The notes under the pieces were generated by a model that saw only the letters and a program-made list of their open reading frames with translations, was not told where the DNA came from and searched no databases. A stretch of 64,000 nucleotides of DNA from assembly GCA_045636325.1 (NCBI GenBank), contig JAZTXH010000011.1, forward strand, positions 9,377 through 73,376. Direction: 5' to 3'. Positions 28,475 to 38,947 of the stretch are shown one piece after another (positions within the stretch are counted from its first letter, which is position 1; each line of letters starts with the position of its first letter). The DNA is from Clostridia bacterium. Lineage in GTDB: Bacteria; Bacillota; Clostridia; UBA1381; UMGS1253. A program made the translations under genes and the position numbers.

Positions 28475-29988
28475 AGCCTTTCTCCTATTTTCTTTAATGG
28501 TTTACCTATCAAATCTTTTTCATATGTATTCATTCCCATAAACCACATTAAAAGCGCATATATAATAGCATATATTAATATAGCTACCATTAATAAAAAC
28601 AATTTTTCTGTGGGCAACAACCATCTTACAAGCAACCCTGATACAACAGCAAAACCAAGCGCCGGAATAAATTTAAAAATTTCTTTCCAGAAATATATTA
28701 TATTTATACCGATTTTCTTATGATAATACCAGTTCATAAAAAAGCCATTGCCTAACAAAAGCGATAGTGCTGTGCCCGCAGCCGCTCCTATAGTTCCCCA
28801 CAACTTTATAAACAAAACACTTATGGCAATATTAGTTAACGCTATAAACAAGTATACTATCGAACGAACCTTGTGCATATTTTTTGCTCTTTGAATCTCA
28901 ATACCAAGGTTTTGTATAAGCGGTATAGAAAGAGGTGTCATCAAAAGCAAGCCTATAATATATGAATCCTCATAACCCGCACCTGCCCATATTCCTATAA
29001 ACTCACGGCCAAACAATGCATACCCTGACAACATTAAACCAATAACAATAAACTGAATACGCCCAACCTTAGTAAAAAGATTTGTCAGAACGTTATTATC
29101 ATTTTCTTTAGCAACCAGCTTATTTATTTTAGGAGCAAAAACACCTGTAATATTAGTTGAAAATGTCATATACATAGAATTCAAGTTTCCCGCAACTCCA
29201 TATATAGCAACTGCTATTGTGCTCATCATTCTACCCAATAAAAACTTGTCTACACTCCAGTTTATTTGATCTACAATCATATTTATAAATATAAAAAATG
29301 TAAAAACAAACATTTCTTTCAACAACGAAAAATCCAAATCCCTAAATGAAATTTTTATTTTTAATTTTTTTATGCAAAAGGTCACATTCATAATAAAGGC
29401 AGAGACTGTCAAAAAGCTAGTGACACATACCATACCCACAGAACCAAAGCCGGCGACTAGTAACGGAAGTGTAAAAATCGGATTAAGCACTGCGGTAAGA
29501 AAAACCAAAATACGTTGAAAGAAAAATTTTTCATGTGCCGTTATAATGTTTGTAAAAATATTTCCAAACAAAATCAATGCCATATTAAAAACCATTAGTC
29601 CCATTAAAATTTTAGATTTTTCAAGCTCTGCCACCGTTAGGCCACCGCCAAAAATTTTTCCGGCATTAAACATTAAAAAAATACCGCAAGTCAGACAAAT
29701 TGAAGCTATAACAGAAAAAATCACAAAAAACATACCGTTTAATTTGGCTATGCCTGTTTCATCATTATTGACTTTGTACTTAGAGTAAAATCTTACATAA
29801 CTTCCTCCAAATCCAAAGGTCAAAAGGCTCAGGTAAGATACAACAGATGAAACAAGCTGATAAAGTCCATATTCACTTTGCCCCAAAAGCCTTAACATCA
29901 CAGGTGTATATATCAGTCCGCTTAAAATGTGAACCGCCTGCGTTGCATATGATATTATAACACCCGCTTTCAACTGATTAATTTTCAT
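28462..29988 (-). CDS. wzx: Wzx-type oligosaccharide flippase (MOP superfamily)
   Basis: 508 aa. Roughly 14 hydrophobic segments and N-terminal ...LLGQSEYGLYQLV... typical of polysaccharide-biosynthesis flippases. Confidence 0.8.
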   Translation of the reverse strand: MKINQLKAGVIISYATQAVHILSGLIYTPVMLRLLGQSEYGLYQLVSSVVSYLSLLTFGFGGSYVRFYSKYKVNNDETGIAKLNGMFFVIFSVIASICLTCGIFLMFNAGKIFGGGLTVAELEKSKILMGLMVFNMALILFGNIFTNIITAHEKFFFQRILVFLTAVLNPIFTLPLLVAGFGSVGMVCVTSFLTVSAFIMNVTFCIKKLKIKISFRDLDFSLLKEMFVFTFFIFINMIVDQINWSVDKFLLGRMMSTIAVAIYGVAGNLNSMYMTFSTNITGVFAPKINKLVAKENDNNVLTNLFTKVGRIQFIVIGLMLSGYALFGREFIGIWAGAGYEDSYIIGLLLMTPLSIPLIQNLGIEIQRAKNMHKVRSIVYLFIALTNIAISVLFIKLWGTIGAAAGTALSLLLGNGFFMNWYYHKKIGINIIYFWKEIFKFIPALGFAVVSGLLVRWLLPTEKLFLLMVAILIYAIIYALLMWFMGMNTYEKDLIGKPLKKIGERLCRR

Positions 29989-31156
29989 TGCTACATTCTC
30001 CCATATCTATTTTCCTTAAACAGCTTTGTAAATAACAAAGCGAATATTCTTTTATTTCACAAAAATCCTCAGTATCTTTTTTAGGTTCGTTGTCCTTTAA
30101 TTTTAAAAGATAGTTTATATTTCTTTTGTCTTCATTGTCACAAAAACGTTCTGTTTCATCAAACAAAGCCAACAAATCAATAATTCGCGAATCCATATTA
30201 CAACTGTCAAGGCGCGGAAAAACAAAATATTTTATCTTATATATATTCGAAAATACAGCCGCATGAAAGCTATCAGTAATAACATATTCAGCATGTTTTA
30301 TTAACGAAATAAATTCTCTTGGTCCAACATCATACAAATCAATATCAGCAAAATTCAAATCACTCATATTTACTCTGTTTAAATGAGGTATTGTTACTAA
30401 CTGTAATCCTGATTTTTTAGAAAACGCTTTTGCAATTTTCTTATCTTTTTTTGCATCTCCCAAAAAATAGCAAAATATATATTTATTTTTTATCATCCGC
30501 TGAGCACAAATCTCATCCCATGTATCTGATGTTAAAAGTAATGTAGGATCTAAAACAGTTTTAACCTCCACATCCATCAAGTCAGTTAACATCTTTGCTG
30601 TTTCTTTTTCTCTTGTAGAAATATCTTTAAACGACTTTAAATAATTGCATATTAACTTTTTATCCTCATCCGTAACATTTACATCCGGCATGCTCGCAGC
30701 ATATGAACATTTATATTTGCCTTCATTTACAAACGATAAAAAATATTCTTTATTATACCAAGACATATTCCAAATCTGATCACTTCCGGCAATAAAACCA
30801 TTATATAATCCGTTGCATTCATGTATATTATCAGGCGAATAACTTTTTTCAGAATGAGGAACAATCTTTTCAAACTCAGTAAACCTTTCATTTCTTAAAA
30901 TAACATTATTTTTTATTTTTTTTTGTATACTTTTTCTTATTTGTCTTTCAGGAAACTTAATTATTTTTTTTAATAATTTTTTAAATGTTAATTTTCTTTT
31001 AAAAGCTAAAGTAGTTGTTTTGTTAATATGCATCCATCTTATTTGTTCTGCGCTATAATTTAATTCGTCTATTGCTTTTGTTAAGGCATATGCCTGCAAT
31101 AACCCTCCGTAATTTCTATTTTTATAATACATTGTCATGATTCCGATTTTAGGCAT
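29978..31156 (-). CDS. Polysaccharide pyruvyl transferase
   Basis: GSDQIWN and ITDSFHAAVFS motifs of the PS_pyruv_trans family. ATG 31156 follows AAGAGGTGA; the ORF track extends to 31186. Confidence 0.75.
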   Translation of the reverse strand: MPKIGIMTMYYKNRNYGGLLQAYALTKAIDELNYSAEQIRWMHINKTTTLAFKRKLTFKKLLKKIIKFPERQIRKSIQKKIKNNVILRNERFTEFEKIVPHSEKSYSPDNIHECNGLYNGFIAGSDQIWNMSWYNKEYFLSFVNEGKYKCSYAASMPDVNVTDEDKKLICNYLKSFKDISTREKETAKMLTDLMDVEVKTVLDPTLLLTSDTWDEICAQRMIKNKYIFCYFLGDAKKDKKIAKAFSKKSGLQLVTIPHLNRVNMSDLNFADIDLYDVGPREFISLIKHAEYVITDSFHAAVFSNIYKIKYFVFPRLDSCNMDSRIIDLLALFDETERFCDNEDKRNINYLLKLKDNEPKKDTEDFCEIKEYSLCYLQSCLRKIDMGECSNEN

Positions 31157-31161
31157 CAGTA

Positions 31162-32148
31162 TCACCTCTTTAACTTTCTCCAACACAAACAGATATAGTA
31201 CGCAATATCAAAATATTTATTCCTTATCAATAATGCTATAAGGTACAAACTCAACTTTTTTCTTAATTTGATAATATTATCAGTAAAAACTTTGTTTTCT
31301 GATATTTCTTTCATTAAACTAATACATGTTTTTTTATCTGAGCTTATAATAGCTTTATTAACTAACGCAATAGTTCCAAAAATATGTGTTTTTAACAATT
31401 GTTCTATTACTTTACTCTCACAATTATATTTTTCGGCTATTTTTTTTGTATAATCAAACACCACACAAGTATTTGAATATGTATATTTTCTTACTTTAGA
31501 AAATAAAGAATCATTATTATCGCGTATATACATATAAAAAGCTTTATTTAACGCTTTAATCGATTGGCAGTACTGTAAATATGTTAAATTAAAATATGTA
31601 TCTTCTCCGTTATGCAATTCTGTATTGAAATAGATTTTATTTTCATTTATGATATTTTTTTTATATAGCTTTGCCCATGGTCCACATAAATTAATTTTAG
31701 GAAAGCTTTGGACACAAAAGGCTTCTATTAACTGGCGTGCATCATATTCTTTTTCTTCCATTTCAAAAATTTGTGTGCCATCTGATACCGTCATTTCAAT
31801 TTCAGTAAACACTAAATCATAGCCCTTATTCATATATTCAACCATTTCTGATAGCATGTCTTTTTTAATATAATCATCGCTATCAACAAACATTATATAT
31901 TTTCCGCAAGCAATATCTATACCTGTATTTCTGGCTGAGCTTACTCCGGCATTTTCTCTATGTATCACCTTAACTCTTTCATCTTTTACGACATATTCGT
32001 CACAAATAGCACCACTGCTATCTTTTGAACCATCATTTACTAAAATTAGCTCTAAATCATTAAATGACTGACTAAGAATACTTTCTATGCATTTGTTTAA
32101 ATACTTCTCTGCATTATAAACAGGAACAATTACACTTATTTCAGGCAT
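31162..32148 (-). CDS. Family 2 glycosyltransferase
   Basis: ISVIVPVYNAEKYL, LILVNDGSKD and FVDSDDYI (DxD) motifs. Confidence 0.9.
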   Translation of the reverse strand: MPEISVIVPVYNAEKYLNKCIESILSQSFNDLELILVNDGSKDSSGAICDEYVVKDERVKVIHRENAGVSSARNTGIDIACGKYIMFVDSDDYIKKDMLSEMVEYMNKGYDLVFTEIEMTVSDGTQIFEMEEKEYDARQLIEAFCVQSFPKINLCGPWAKLYKKNIINENKIYFNTELHNGEDTYFNLTYLQYCQSIKALNKAFYMYIRDNNDSLFSKVRKYTYSNTCVVFDYTKKIAEKYNCESKVIEQLLKTHIFGTIALVNKAIISSDKKTCISLMKEISENKVFTDNIIKLRKKLSLYLIALLIRNKYFDIAYYICLCWRKLKR

Positions 32149-32155
32149 AAATCCT

Positions 32156-33277
32156 TCACCCTCCTAATAACTCCTTTAAATCTTTCGCAAACTTTTTATC
32201 AAGCTCCGCTATTTTCTTTCTTCCGTCATAGCCATCATTCATATCAACATTCATAATAGTTTTTGCGATTGCCTGTGCCTCTTGTTTTTCATAATAATAC
32301 AGGCAACTTCCAACATCTGATGTTTCAATCGCAGGAATTTTTACAGTTACAACTCTCAACCCATTTGCCATATATGAAAGTATCTTTGACGGAAAAGATG
32401 TTGCATTAAAATCCGCATCAGGATTTTGAGTACTCATACCGATATGACATTTTTGCAAAAACTTTATATAATCTTCACCGGAAAGTAATCCATCATAGCT
32501 GACCTTAGCATTGGAAACACTGTTGACCATATTTATTTTATCAAGGAGTAATTTTTTATCATTATTACTTCCAAAACCAATAATATGTACACAATACTTA
32601 TCCGAAAGATGCTCAGCAGCAGCAGCAGCAACCCCGCCCCCTTTTCTTGGGTCAAATGTTCCTGCATAAAGGACATGAATTTTCCCGTCATCAAAAGATA
32701 CATTTCTGTCTTTTTCTACCTTATATGTACCGTGAATAATTGTATAAGGTTTATTATCTGTGTTAAATTTTTCATTAAGCAACTCGGTTGGGAAAATATA
32801 TTTATCTGCAATTTTTATAAATTGTATTTCTTTTCTTCTTGACCTGTCGGATTTTTTTATAACATCATTGTAAATTTCCTCAACCTCTAAAATGAGCTTG
32901 AATTTCTTAAATTTTTTTGCCCATTTTACAGACGATATATTTGCAAGAGAATGATATACTATTACCTCTTCATCTTTTTTTGTGTTCTTTAAAAGATACA
33001 AAAACATTCCCCAGAAATTCCACGCAAGTGCAAAAACCTTCTGCAGTTTGTTACCCCATTTAAACGCAGGCAGTTTAATAAGCTTTATGTTCTCCGTAAG
33101 CTTTGTTTCAGAACCTTTTATATATCCTCTTGAAGATGTAAGGCTTGCAGAAATAATTTCAACATTTATTCCAAGCCTTTCTATAACCGACATTATATAA
33201 TCAGCTTTATTGGTTGCGGCTAATGTATACCCTCTGCCTTCGTCATTATTTATATCATAAAATATTATATATTTCAC
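32156..33277 (-). CDS. GT-B fold glycosyltransferase (GT4-like)
   Basis: C-terminal half has the GT-B donor-binding pattern (YAGTFDPRKGGG..., SFPSKILSYMANG). Probable GTG start at 33277, 8 nt after GGGAG; the ORF track extends to 33292. Confidence 0.65.
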   Translation of the reverse strand: MKYIIFYDINNDEGRGYTLAATNKADYIMSVIERLGINVEIISASLTSSRGYIKGSETKLTENIKLIKLPAFKWGNKLQKVFALAWNFWGMFLYLLKNTKKDEEVIVYHSLANISSVKWAKKFKKFKLILEVEEIYNDVIKKSDRSRRKEIQFIKIADKYIFPTELLNEKFNTDNKPYTIIHGTYKVEKDRNVSFDDGKIHVLYAGTFDPRKGGGVAAAAAEHLSDKYCVHIIGFGSNNDKKLLLDKINMVNSVSNAKVSYDGLLSGEDYIKFLQKCHIGMSTQNPDADFNATSFPSKILSYMANGLRVVTVKIPAIETSDVGSCLYYYEKQEAQAIAKTIMNVDMNDGYDGRKKIAELDKKFAKDLKELLGG

Positions 33278-33282
33278 TTTTA

Positions 33283-34350
33283 TCACTCCCAAAAAAACAT
33301 ATATTGCGGATTATTTCTTATAAAGAAAAACAACAATACAAATACTAATACAACATTTGCAAGTGCTTTATCCTTTTCCTTTAAAGAAGTTATTATTTCA
33401 GGCACCAAAAGCATAATATAAACCGAAAAATACTGCACAACGCGCATCGTAGCCGGATGTGCAAAGGTTAACGGGACAAACACCATTGCCAAAAACATCG
33501 CATTAAAACAGCTTCTTACATCATCACCTTGCTCAAGTATATACTTTCTTCTCCACAATGCAACCATTACCACCATAATCAATAAAATTGTAAATGTATA
33601 CGCCCCTGCACCTTCATAAATACCATAGTCATATCCGGATGTTTCACCCAAAAACAGTATAACAGGCTCTTTAAATATAAATACGATTATCATTGTTGCT
33701 ATCATAGAGAATATATATAATATCGTAACTTTTTTGTTACACAAAAAATAAAACGGTATAAATACAAGACATGATTTATGCACTGTAGCCATTATCAGCG
33801 TCATTAATAAAAATGGTAAAAATTTTCTCTTCTTTATAAGAAAATCGCCTATAAAAACAACCACTCCCATAGCTATAGTCTGCCTGTGCCCTGTTATTGC
33901 AAAAAACGAATAAAAAAGACAACTGTAAATCAAAAAGCTCATAAATGGATTTTTTGATTTTTTATAAATCCACACTGCCATTGGCACGGTAAACACAAGT
34001 GCAATAAAAATAAGCCACACCTGATAGTCCTTACAAAAAATCTGAAATACTTTTTGCAAAAGATTATAACCCGGATCTTTTATTTCTTCGCCTAAAAATA
34101 TACCATCCACAAAATTATTCCACAATCTTTTCCAAGAATAGTTTTTAACCACATCAAAGCTGTATATTTTATATGCCTCCGTATCCGCTCCTACGCTAAT
34201 ATGTCTTAATCCCGAAATTAAAACCCACTGCATAGCTGCAATAACAGAAAAATATTTTTCAGGCGCTGCAATTGTCAGCTTTTTTTTAGGTGCTAAAAAC
34301 ACATATGCCCACAGTGCAATGAACGCTATATTTAACAAATAAACTGTCAT
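33283..34350 (-). CDS. wzy: EpsG-like repeat-unit polymerase (Wzy)
   Basis: 355 aa with ~10 TM segments and no soluble domain, located among GT genes beside wzx. Confidence 0.6.
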   Translation of the reverse strand: MTVYLLNIAFIALWAYVFLAPKKKLTIAAPEKYFSVIAAMQWVLISGLRHISVGADTEAYKIYSFDVVKNYSWKRLWNNFVDGIFLGEEIKDPGYNLLQKVFQIFCKDYQVWLIFIALVFTVPMAVWIYKKSKNPFMSFLIYSCLFYSFFAITGHRQTIAMGVVVFIGDFLIKKRKFLPFLLMTLIMATVHKSCLVFIPFYFLCNKKVTILYIFSMIATMIIVFIFKEPVILFLGETSGYDYGIYEGAGAYTFTILLIMVVMVALWRRKYILEQGDDVRSCFNAMFLAMVFVPLTFAHPATMRVVQYFSVYIMLLVPEIITSLKEKDKALANVVLVFVLLFFFIRNNPQYMFFWE

Positions 34351-34352
34351 AA

Positions 34353-35573
34353 TTATTTCCTCATATTTACCATGCTTTCATACAATTCCAAAGTATCTGC
34401 AATCAAATTCTCTTTTTCAAAATTCTCTTTTGCAAACAAAGCACAACTTTCTTTATAAAAATCTTTTGTGTTGTCTTTTATAATTTTTACTTTTTCGAAA
34501 ATTTCATTAACATTTTCACAGTCAACCACATATCCGCAATTTTCACCTATAAGCTCAGGAAGCGCCGTGGAATTATAAACAATCGCAGGCGTGCCACAAG
34601 CAAGAGCTTCAGCAACCACTTTACCGAATGTATCCTCTCTTGACACATGAACATATACATCTGCCATTGAATACACTTTTGCAAGTTCTTCCGTTCCGTT
34701 AACATAATTTATTTTTGTTATATTTTCGGGCAAAGCTTCATTATCAAGCCCACCGCCTACCATAACAATATGTATGCTTTCATCTATCAATTCTGAAAGC
34801 TTTAACACATCATTAAATTTATCGGAATTTTTTCTCCATCCGCCCGCAACAGTTAAAATAATAAACTTATCTTCAGGTATGTTATACTCTTTTTTTATTT
34901 CTGAATCAACAGGCTTAAAAGTATTCAAATCAATCCAGTTATATATTCTTTTTATAGCTTTTGCATTTTTAAAAAACGGACTTTTTTGGGCCTCCTCTTT
35001 AGTCCATTCGGAAACCCCTGTAACAGCAACCCTTGGTATATTGTTAAAAAGCTTGTTTTTATCATTCCACATTTTTTTGGTTCTGTCCAAAAACCAACTG
35101 GGGTTATCTTTTTTAAGTCTTGGACAATCATAACACCCGGTTTGCCACCTATAGCATTTATCCATTGTATAGTGAGTGCATTTTCCTGTTATAAACCAAC
35201 AATCATGTAAAGTTGCAACAGTTGCAATATCTTCTTTTGCTATAAATTTCAAAAGCATTTTTAAATTTATAAAATTTGCATGCAAATTTCTTAAATGAAT
35301 AACATCAGGTTTTATTTGTTTTAATCTTTTTATAAGTCTTTTAGTTGCACCATACGAAAAATACGCCTGCTTACCGGTTATTCTTGATAAAAGTGCGTGC
35401 ACTTTAACATCTAAATCATTATTGATACGTTCACCCAATGAATAATCACTCTTTTTATTGCCGTAAAATATGTAATTTTCAATACCCTTTTCAGTTAGTT
35501 TTTCGGACAATTCCACACAGGTTCTTCCTGTGCTTCCATATCCGCAAACAGCATTAATCTGCACTATTTTCAT
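34353..35573 (-). CDS. Family 4 (GT-B) glycosyltransferase
   Basis: 406 aa. MKIVQINAVCGYGSTGR N-terminus and C-terminal EDTFGKVVAEALACGTPAIV (E-x7-E region). Confidence 0.8.
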   Translation of the reverse strand: MKIVQINAVCGYGSTGRTCVELSEKLTEKGIENYIFYGNKKSDYSLGERINNDLDVKVHALLSRITGKQAYFSYGATKRLIKRLKQIKPDVIHLRNLHANFINLKMLLKFIAKEDIATVATLHDCWFITGKCTHYTMDKCYRWQTGCYDCPRLKKDNPSWFLDRTKKMWNDKNKLFNNIPRVAVTGVSEWTKEEAQKSPFFKNAKAIKRIYNWIDLNTFKPVDSEIKKEYNIPEDKFIILTVAGGWRKNSDKFNDVLKLSELIDESIHIVMVGGGLDNEALPENITKINYVNGTEELAKVYSMADVYVHVSREDTFGKVVAEALACGTPAIVYNSTALPELIGENCGYVVDCENVNEIFEKVKIIKDNTKDFYKESCALFAKENFEKENLIADTLELYESMVNMRK

Positions 35574-36843
35574 TTAAAACACCTTCAAAGTCTTTGTATA
35601 ATCTTTTTTGTATATCATCTATCTGATGATTCTTACGTCCGCATTCCCACGCTTTTTGTCCATAGTCGTTTATAATTTGAGGCTTTTCAATAATACTTAT
35701 AATTTTATTTTTTATTTCATCTTCATTAACAGCTGTAATCGCAGCATCATTTTTTATTAAGTAATCAATTGAAGCTACATCTTTAGGTCCAACCGCAAAA
35801 ACACATTTCGCCTGCGATAAATAGTCAATAATTTTAGTAGAAAATGATTGCCTAACCGCAAGTCGACTTTTTAAATCAAAAGATTCAACATGCACAAGCA
35901 CATCGGCATCTTTTTGTATTTGTATAACCTGCTTCGCTGATATTCCTCCTTTTATATTTACACTTTCCGGGATATAAAGCGTTTTTTTCATTTTTACTGT
36001 CATTGGTGTTAAGGTATATATATCCAACTCCGCTTTTTTCCCACTTTGGTTAATCTGCTCTAAAACTCTACCTATATTTGCAAGTTGCTTATACCTACCG
36101 GTCCCTATGTTGCCTGTATATACAAATTTAATTATTTCGCCTGCCTGTTTTTGTTCAGGCATATTTTCAAATTTATCACCCTTCCAAAGAATTTTGCAGT
36201 TTTTGGCAAAACATTTATCATATTCTTTTTTCTGTATATCAGAAATTACATATAAAATCTCGCATCTGTCAACAACTTTTTTTACTTTTCTGCGCTTATA
36301 AAGTCTATCTATCCAATATAACGGTGACAAACTAAACTGTCTTAAAGTATAAACATCATCTGACACGTATCCAACCATAGGAACACCCGTATGCTTTTTT
36401 AAAAAAAGAGCAATATCACTTAAATAATTGGAATAATAAATCGGCTGAAAAATCAAATCCGGTTTGAACTCATCTATAAACTCTTTTAACGCCTTGCTTT
36501 TCCATCTGCCAATTTCCCAAATAAAATCTCTTGCCCAAAAGAAAAGCATATTTCTCCTTTTTCTTGCACCATCAAAAAAGGCTTTTTCATTTTGACTCAA
36601 ATCAACAACTTCCGCTTCATTCACTTTATGTCCTGCAGAAATACTTTTGTCTAAAAAATTTTTCAGTAGTTCTTTTTCTGTGATTTGAAAACTTTTTTTC
36701 ACAACACTTAAATCAGAAGAACCATATCTGCAATAAATATTCGCAATTTCAACACTTTCTATCCCTGAAAATATATTTGTAAAAGTGTTGCCAAAACTAT
36801 TATTCAAATTCCATGGTACATTAGACAATACAAGAATTCTCAC
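35554..36843 (-). CDS. Divergent GT-B-like glycosyltransferase
   Basis: 429 aa. GTG start after AAGGAGAG. The C-terminal half (FVYTGNIGTGR..., SFSTKIIDYLS) resembles GT-B donor domains. The N-terminal half was not recognised. Confidence 0.5.
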   Translation of the reverse strand: MRILVLSNVPWNLNNSFGNTFTNIFSGIESVEIANIYCRYGSSDLSVVKKSFQITEKELLKNFLDKSISAGHKVNEAEVVDLSQNEKAFFDGARKRRNMLFFWARDFIWEIGRWKSKALKEFIDEFKPDLIFQPIYYSNYLSDIALFLKKHTGVPMVGYVSDDVYTLRQFSLSPLYWIDRLYKRRKVKKVVDRCEILYVISDIQKKEYDKCFAKNCKILWKGDKFENMPEQKQAGEIIKFVYTGNIGTGRYKQLANIGRVLEQINQSGKKAELDIYTLTPMTVKMKKTLYIPESVNIKGGISAKQVIQIQKDADVLVHVESFDLKSRLAVRQSFSTKIIDYLSQAKCVFAVGPKDVASIDYLIKNDAAITAVNEDEIKNKIISIIEKPQIINDYGQKAWECGRKNHQIDDIQKRLYKDFEGVLNENSAD

Positions 36844-36858
36844 AAAGAATACTCTCCT

Positions 36859-37968
36859 TTATTTTGCATTTAATATATAAAAATCTTCTAATTTCTTCGT
36901 TGTTGCTTTAACATTATACCCCATGTTTTCTATCTTCTCAATTTCACTAAAACGTTCATTACTCATGCTAGCATGTACTATCTTTTGTGCCCAATAAAAA
37001 GCTCCATTCTCCAAAGGAATGCACTCCGTTAAATCTGATAACACATTAGCTTCTTCGGGCACATTTTTCGACACAAAACATTTAATTCCCGTTGCTTGTG
37101 CCTCAATAAAAGCAATCCCTAATCCCTCGTATAAAGATGGAAAGACAAAAGCATCCATAGCCATTAAAATCTCAGGTACATCATCTCTGATTCCCAACAA
37201 AATAACATCTTTTTCTAATTTTAAAGATGCTATTTTATTTTCAAATTCCTCTCTGCAAGGACCATCACCAACCAATAGTAGCTTTGAATTTTGATTTTGC
37301 CTTTTCACTTCTTTGAATACATCGAGCAAAAAGCTATGATTTTTTACTTCTGTAAAACTTCCTACATGCCCTAAAACAAATTGATTTTCTAAACCAAGCA
37401 ACTCTCTATAATGCATTCGTTTGTTATTATCATATCTATATTTTTCTAAATCAATCCCATTCTTTATTAACTCATAATTCTTACATTTCAATATTTCTTT
37501 TCCAAATGCACCTACACCCGCAGCATCTGAACATGCAAAAAAGTAATCACCCTTATTTTTTACTAAGTTTATTAATACCTTCTTTACATTTTTCTGAATC
37601 ATATTTCCCCTGCAAGATGTACTATGACTATGTAAAATAACCATGCTACTTTTTTTCGCACTCTCAATATATAATTTTACAGTAGATATCATATGAATAT
37701 GAACAATCTTATAATTGTTTTCTTTAAAAATTTTTTTCCACCACGAAGCATAGCTAAAAGCAGTCTTAATCCCAAACTTAGGTGCTATAAAAATTCTTCC
37801 GCCCAAATCCCTTACTTCTTGTGAAAAATAACATGCTTTTTCGGTATGTATAACAAAGTCAAACTGAATCTTTTTTCTGTCTATATTCCTGTATACATTC
37901 ATCACCATACTTTCGGCACCACCACAATCAAGTGATCCCAAAACGTGCAATACTCTAACAGGTTCCAT
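36859..37968 (-). CDS. Family 4 glycosyltransferase
   Basis: 369 aa. VLHVLGSLDCGGAESMV N-terminus and PSLYEGLGIAFIEAQATG C-terminal motif. Confidence 0.85.
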   Translation of the reverse strand: MEPVRVLHVLGSLDCGGAESMVMNVYRNIDRKKIQFDFVIHTEKACYFSQEVRDLGGRIFIAPKFGIKTAFSYASWWKKIFKENNYKIVHIHMISTVKLYIESAKKSSMVILHSHSTSCRGNMIQKNVKKVLINLVKNKGDYFFACSDAAGVGAFGKEILKCKNYELIKNGIDLEKYRYDNNKRMHYRELLGLENQFVLGHVGSFTEVKNHSFLLDVFKEVKRQNQNSKLLLVGDGPCREEFENKIASLKLEKDVILLGIRDDVPEILMAMDAFVFPSLYEGLGIAFIEAQATGIKCFVSKNVPEEANVLSDLTECIPLENGAFYWAQKIVHASMSNERFSEIEKIENMGYNVKATTKKLEDFYILNAK

Positions 37969-37970
37969 AA

Positions 37971-38945
37971 TTACAAATTCTCCTTATACCAGTCTATCGC
38001 CAAAACGATACCATCATCAAAGCTGTAATCGGGGTCATAGCCTAAAAGCTTTCTTGCCTTTGAAATATCTGCATTACTGTGCTTTATATCCCCAGCTCTG
38101 TCGGGTCCGAATCCAGGCTTAATATCAACACCCAAAACATCACACAACTTATTATATAAGTCAATAAGATACACCTGACCGCCATAAGCAACATTAAAAG
38201 CCTCACCTGCTGCTTCGCTTCCGGAAGCCATACCTTTTATATTAGCTTCAATAACATTTTCAATATATGTAAAATCTCTTGACTGTTTTCCGTCACCATT
38301 AATTGTTGGTGCTTTACCCTCAAGTAAAAGCTTTAAAAACTTAGGTATTACAGCGGCATAATAGCCATACGGATCCTGTCTTCTTCCGAAAACGTTAAAA
38401 TATCTGAAGCCAACAGTTTCAAGACCATACAAGCTTGTATAAAGCCTTGCATACTCTTCATCTGTTTTTTTTGTAAGCGCATAAGGAGATAAAACTTTTC
38501 CAACCCTATCCTCTCTCTTGGGTAGGTTGGGCTCATCACCATAAACAGAAGAGCTTGATGCGTAAACGAATTTTTTCACATTATTCTGCCTTGCCGCCTC
38601 AAGCATATTAACAGTACCACCAATATTTATTGCCTCATACACAACCGGCATTTCTATACTTCTTGGCACACTTCCCCACGCTGCCTGATGTGAAACATAG
38701 TCTGCTCCTTCGCAAGCTTTCATACATGTATCCATATCACGTATATCACCTTCAATAAGCTCAAAGTGCTCATTTTCCATAAGATGCGCAATATTTTCAC
38801 GTTTGCCTGTTGAAAAATTATCTAAACAACGCACGCGATATCCCATATTAATTATTGCATCACACAAATTTGAACCTATAAATCCCGCACCACCGGTTAC
38901 TAAAAACAATGAGTTTTCTTTAAATTTCACATCTTTATATCCCAT
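37971..38945 (-). CDS. NAD-dependent nucleotide-sugar 4-epimerase (WbpP/TviC-like)
   Basis: 324 aa SDR. LVTGGAGFIGSNL and the SPYALTKK catalytic YxxxK. Immediately follows the UDP-HexNAc dehydrogenase, as in TviB-TviC / WbpO-WbpP pairs. Confidence 0.7.
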   Translation of the reverse strand: MGYKDVKFKENSLFLVTGGAGFIGSNLCDAIINMGYRVRCLDNFSTGKRENIAHLMENEHFELIEGDIRDMDTCMKACEGADYVSHQAAWGSVPRSIEMPVVYEAINIGGTVNMLEAARQNNVKKFVYASSSSVYGDEPNLPKREDRVGKVLSPYALTKKTDEEYARLYTSLYGLETVGFRYFNVFGRRQDPYGYYAAVIPKFLKLLLEGKAPTINGDGKQSRDFTYIENVIEANIKGMASGSEAAGEAFNVAYGGQVYLIDLYNKLCDVLGVDIKPGFGPDRAGDIKHSNADISKARKLLGYDPDYSFDDGIVLAIDWYKENL

Positions 38946-38947
38946 TA

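Noticed and set aside
30916-30924. Homopolymer tracts inside polysaccharide genes as possible slipped-strand phase-variation sites: T9 here in the pyruvyltransferase, A9 at 41935-41943 in the 2-hydroxyacid dehydrogenase, T8 at 34280-34287 in wzy
   Set aside because: Runs of 8-9 A/T are expected from Lys/Phe codon runs in a genome this AT-rich. All three are currently in frame, and nothing in a single sequence shows length variation. They would only be worth revisiting with population read data.
32614-32630. (CAG)5 trinucleotide repeat
   Set aside because: It lies in frame within a glycosyltransferase (poly-Ala, GVAAAAAEH on the minus strand). Triplet slippage would not shift the frame, and it is too short to call a functional repeat.
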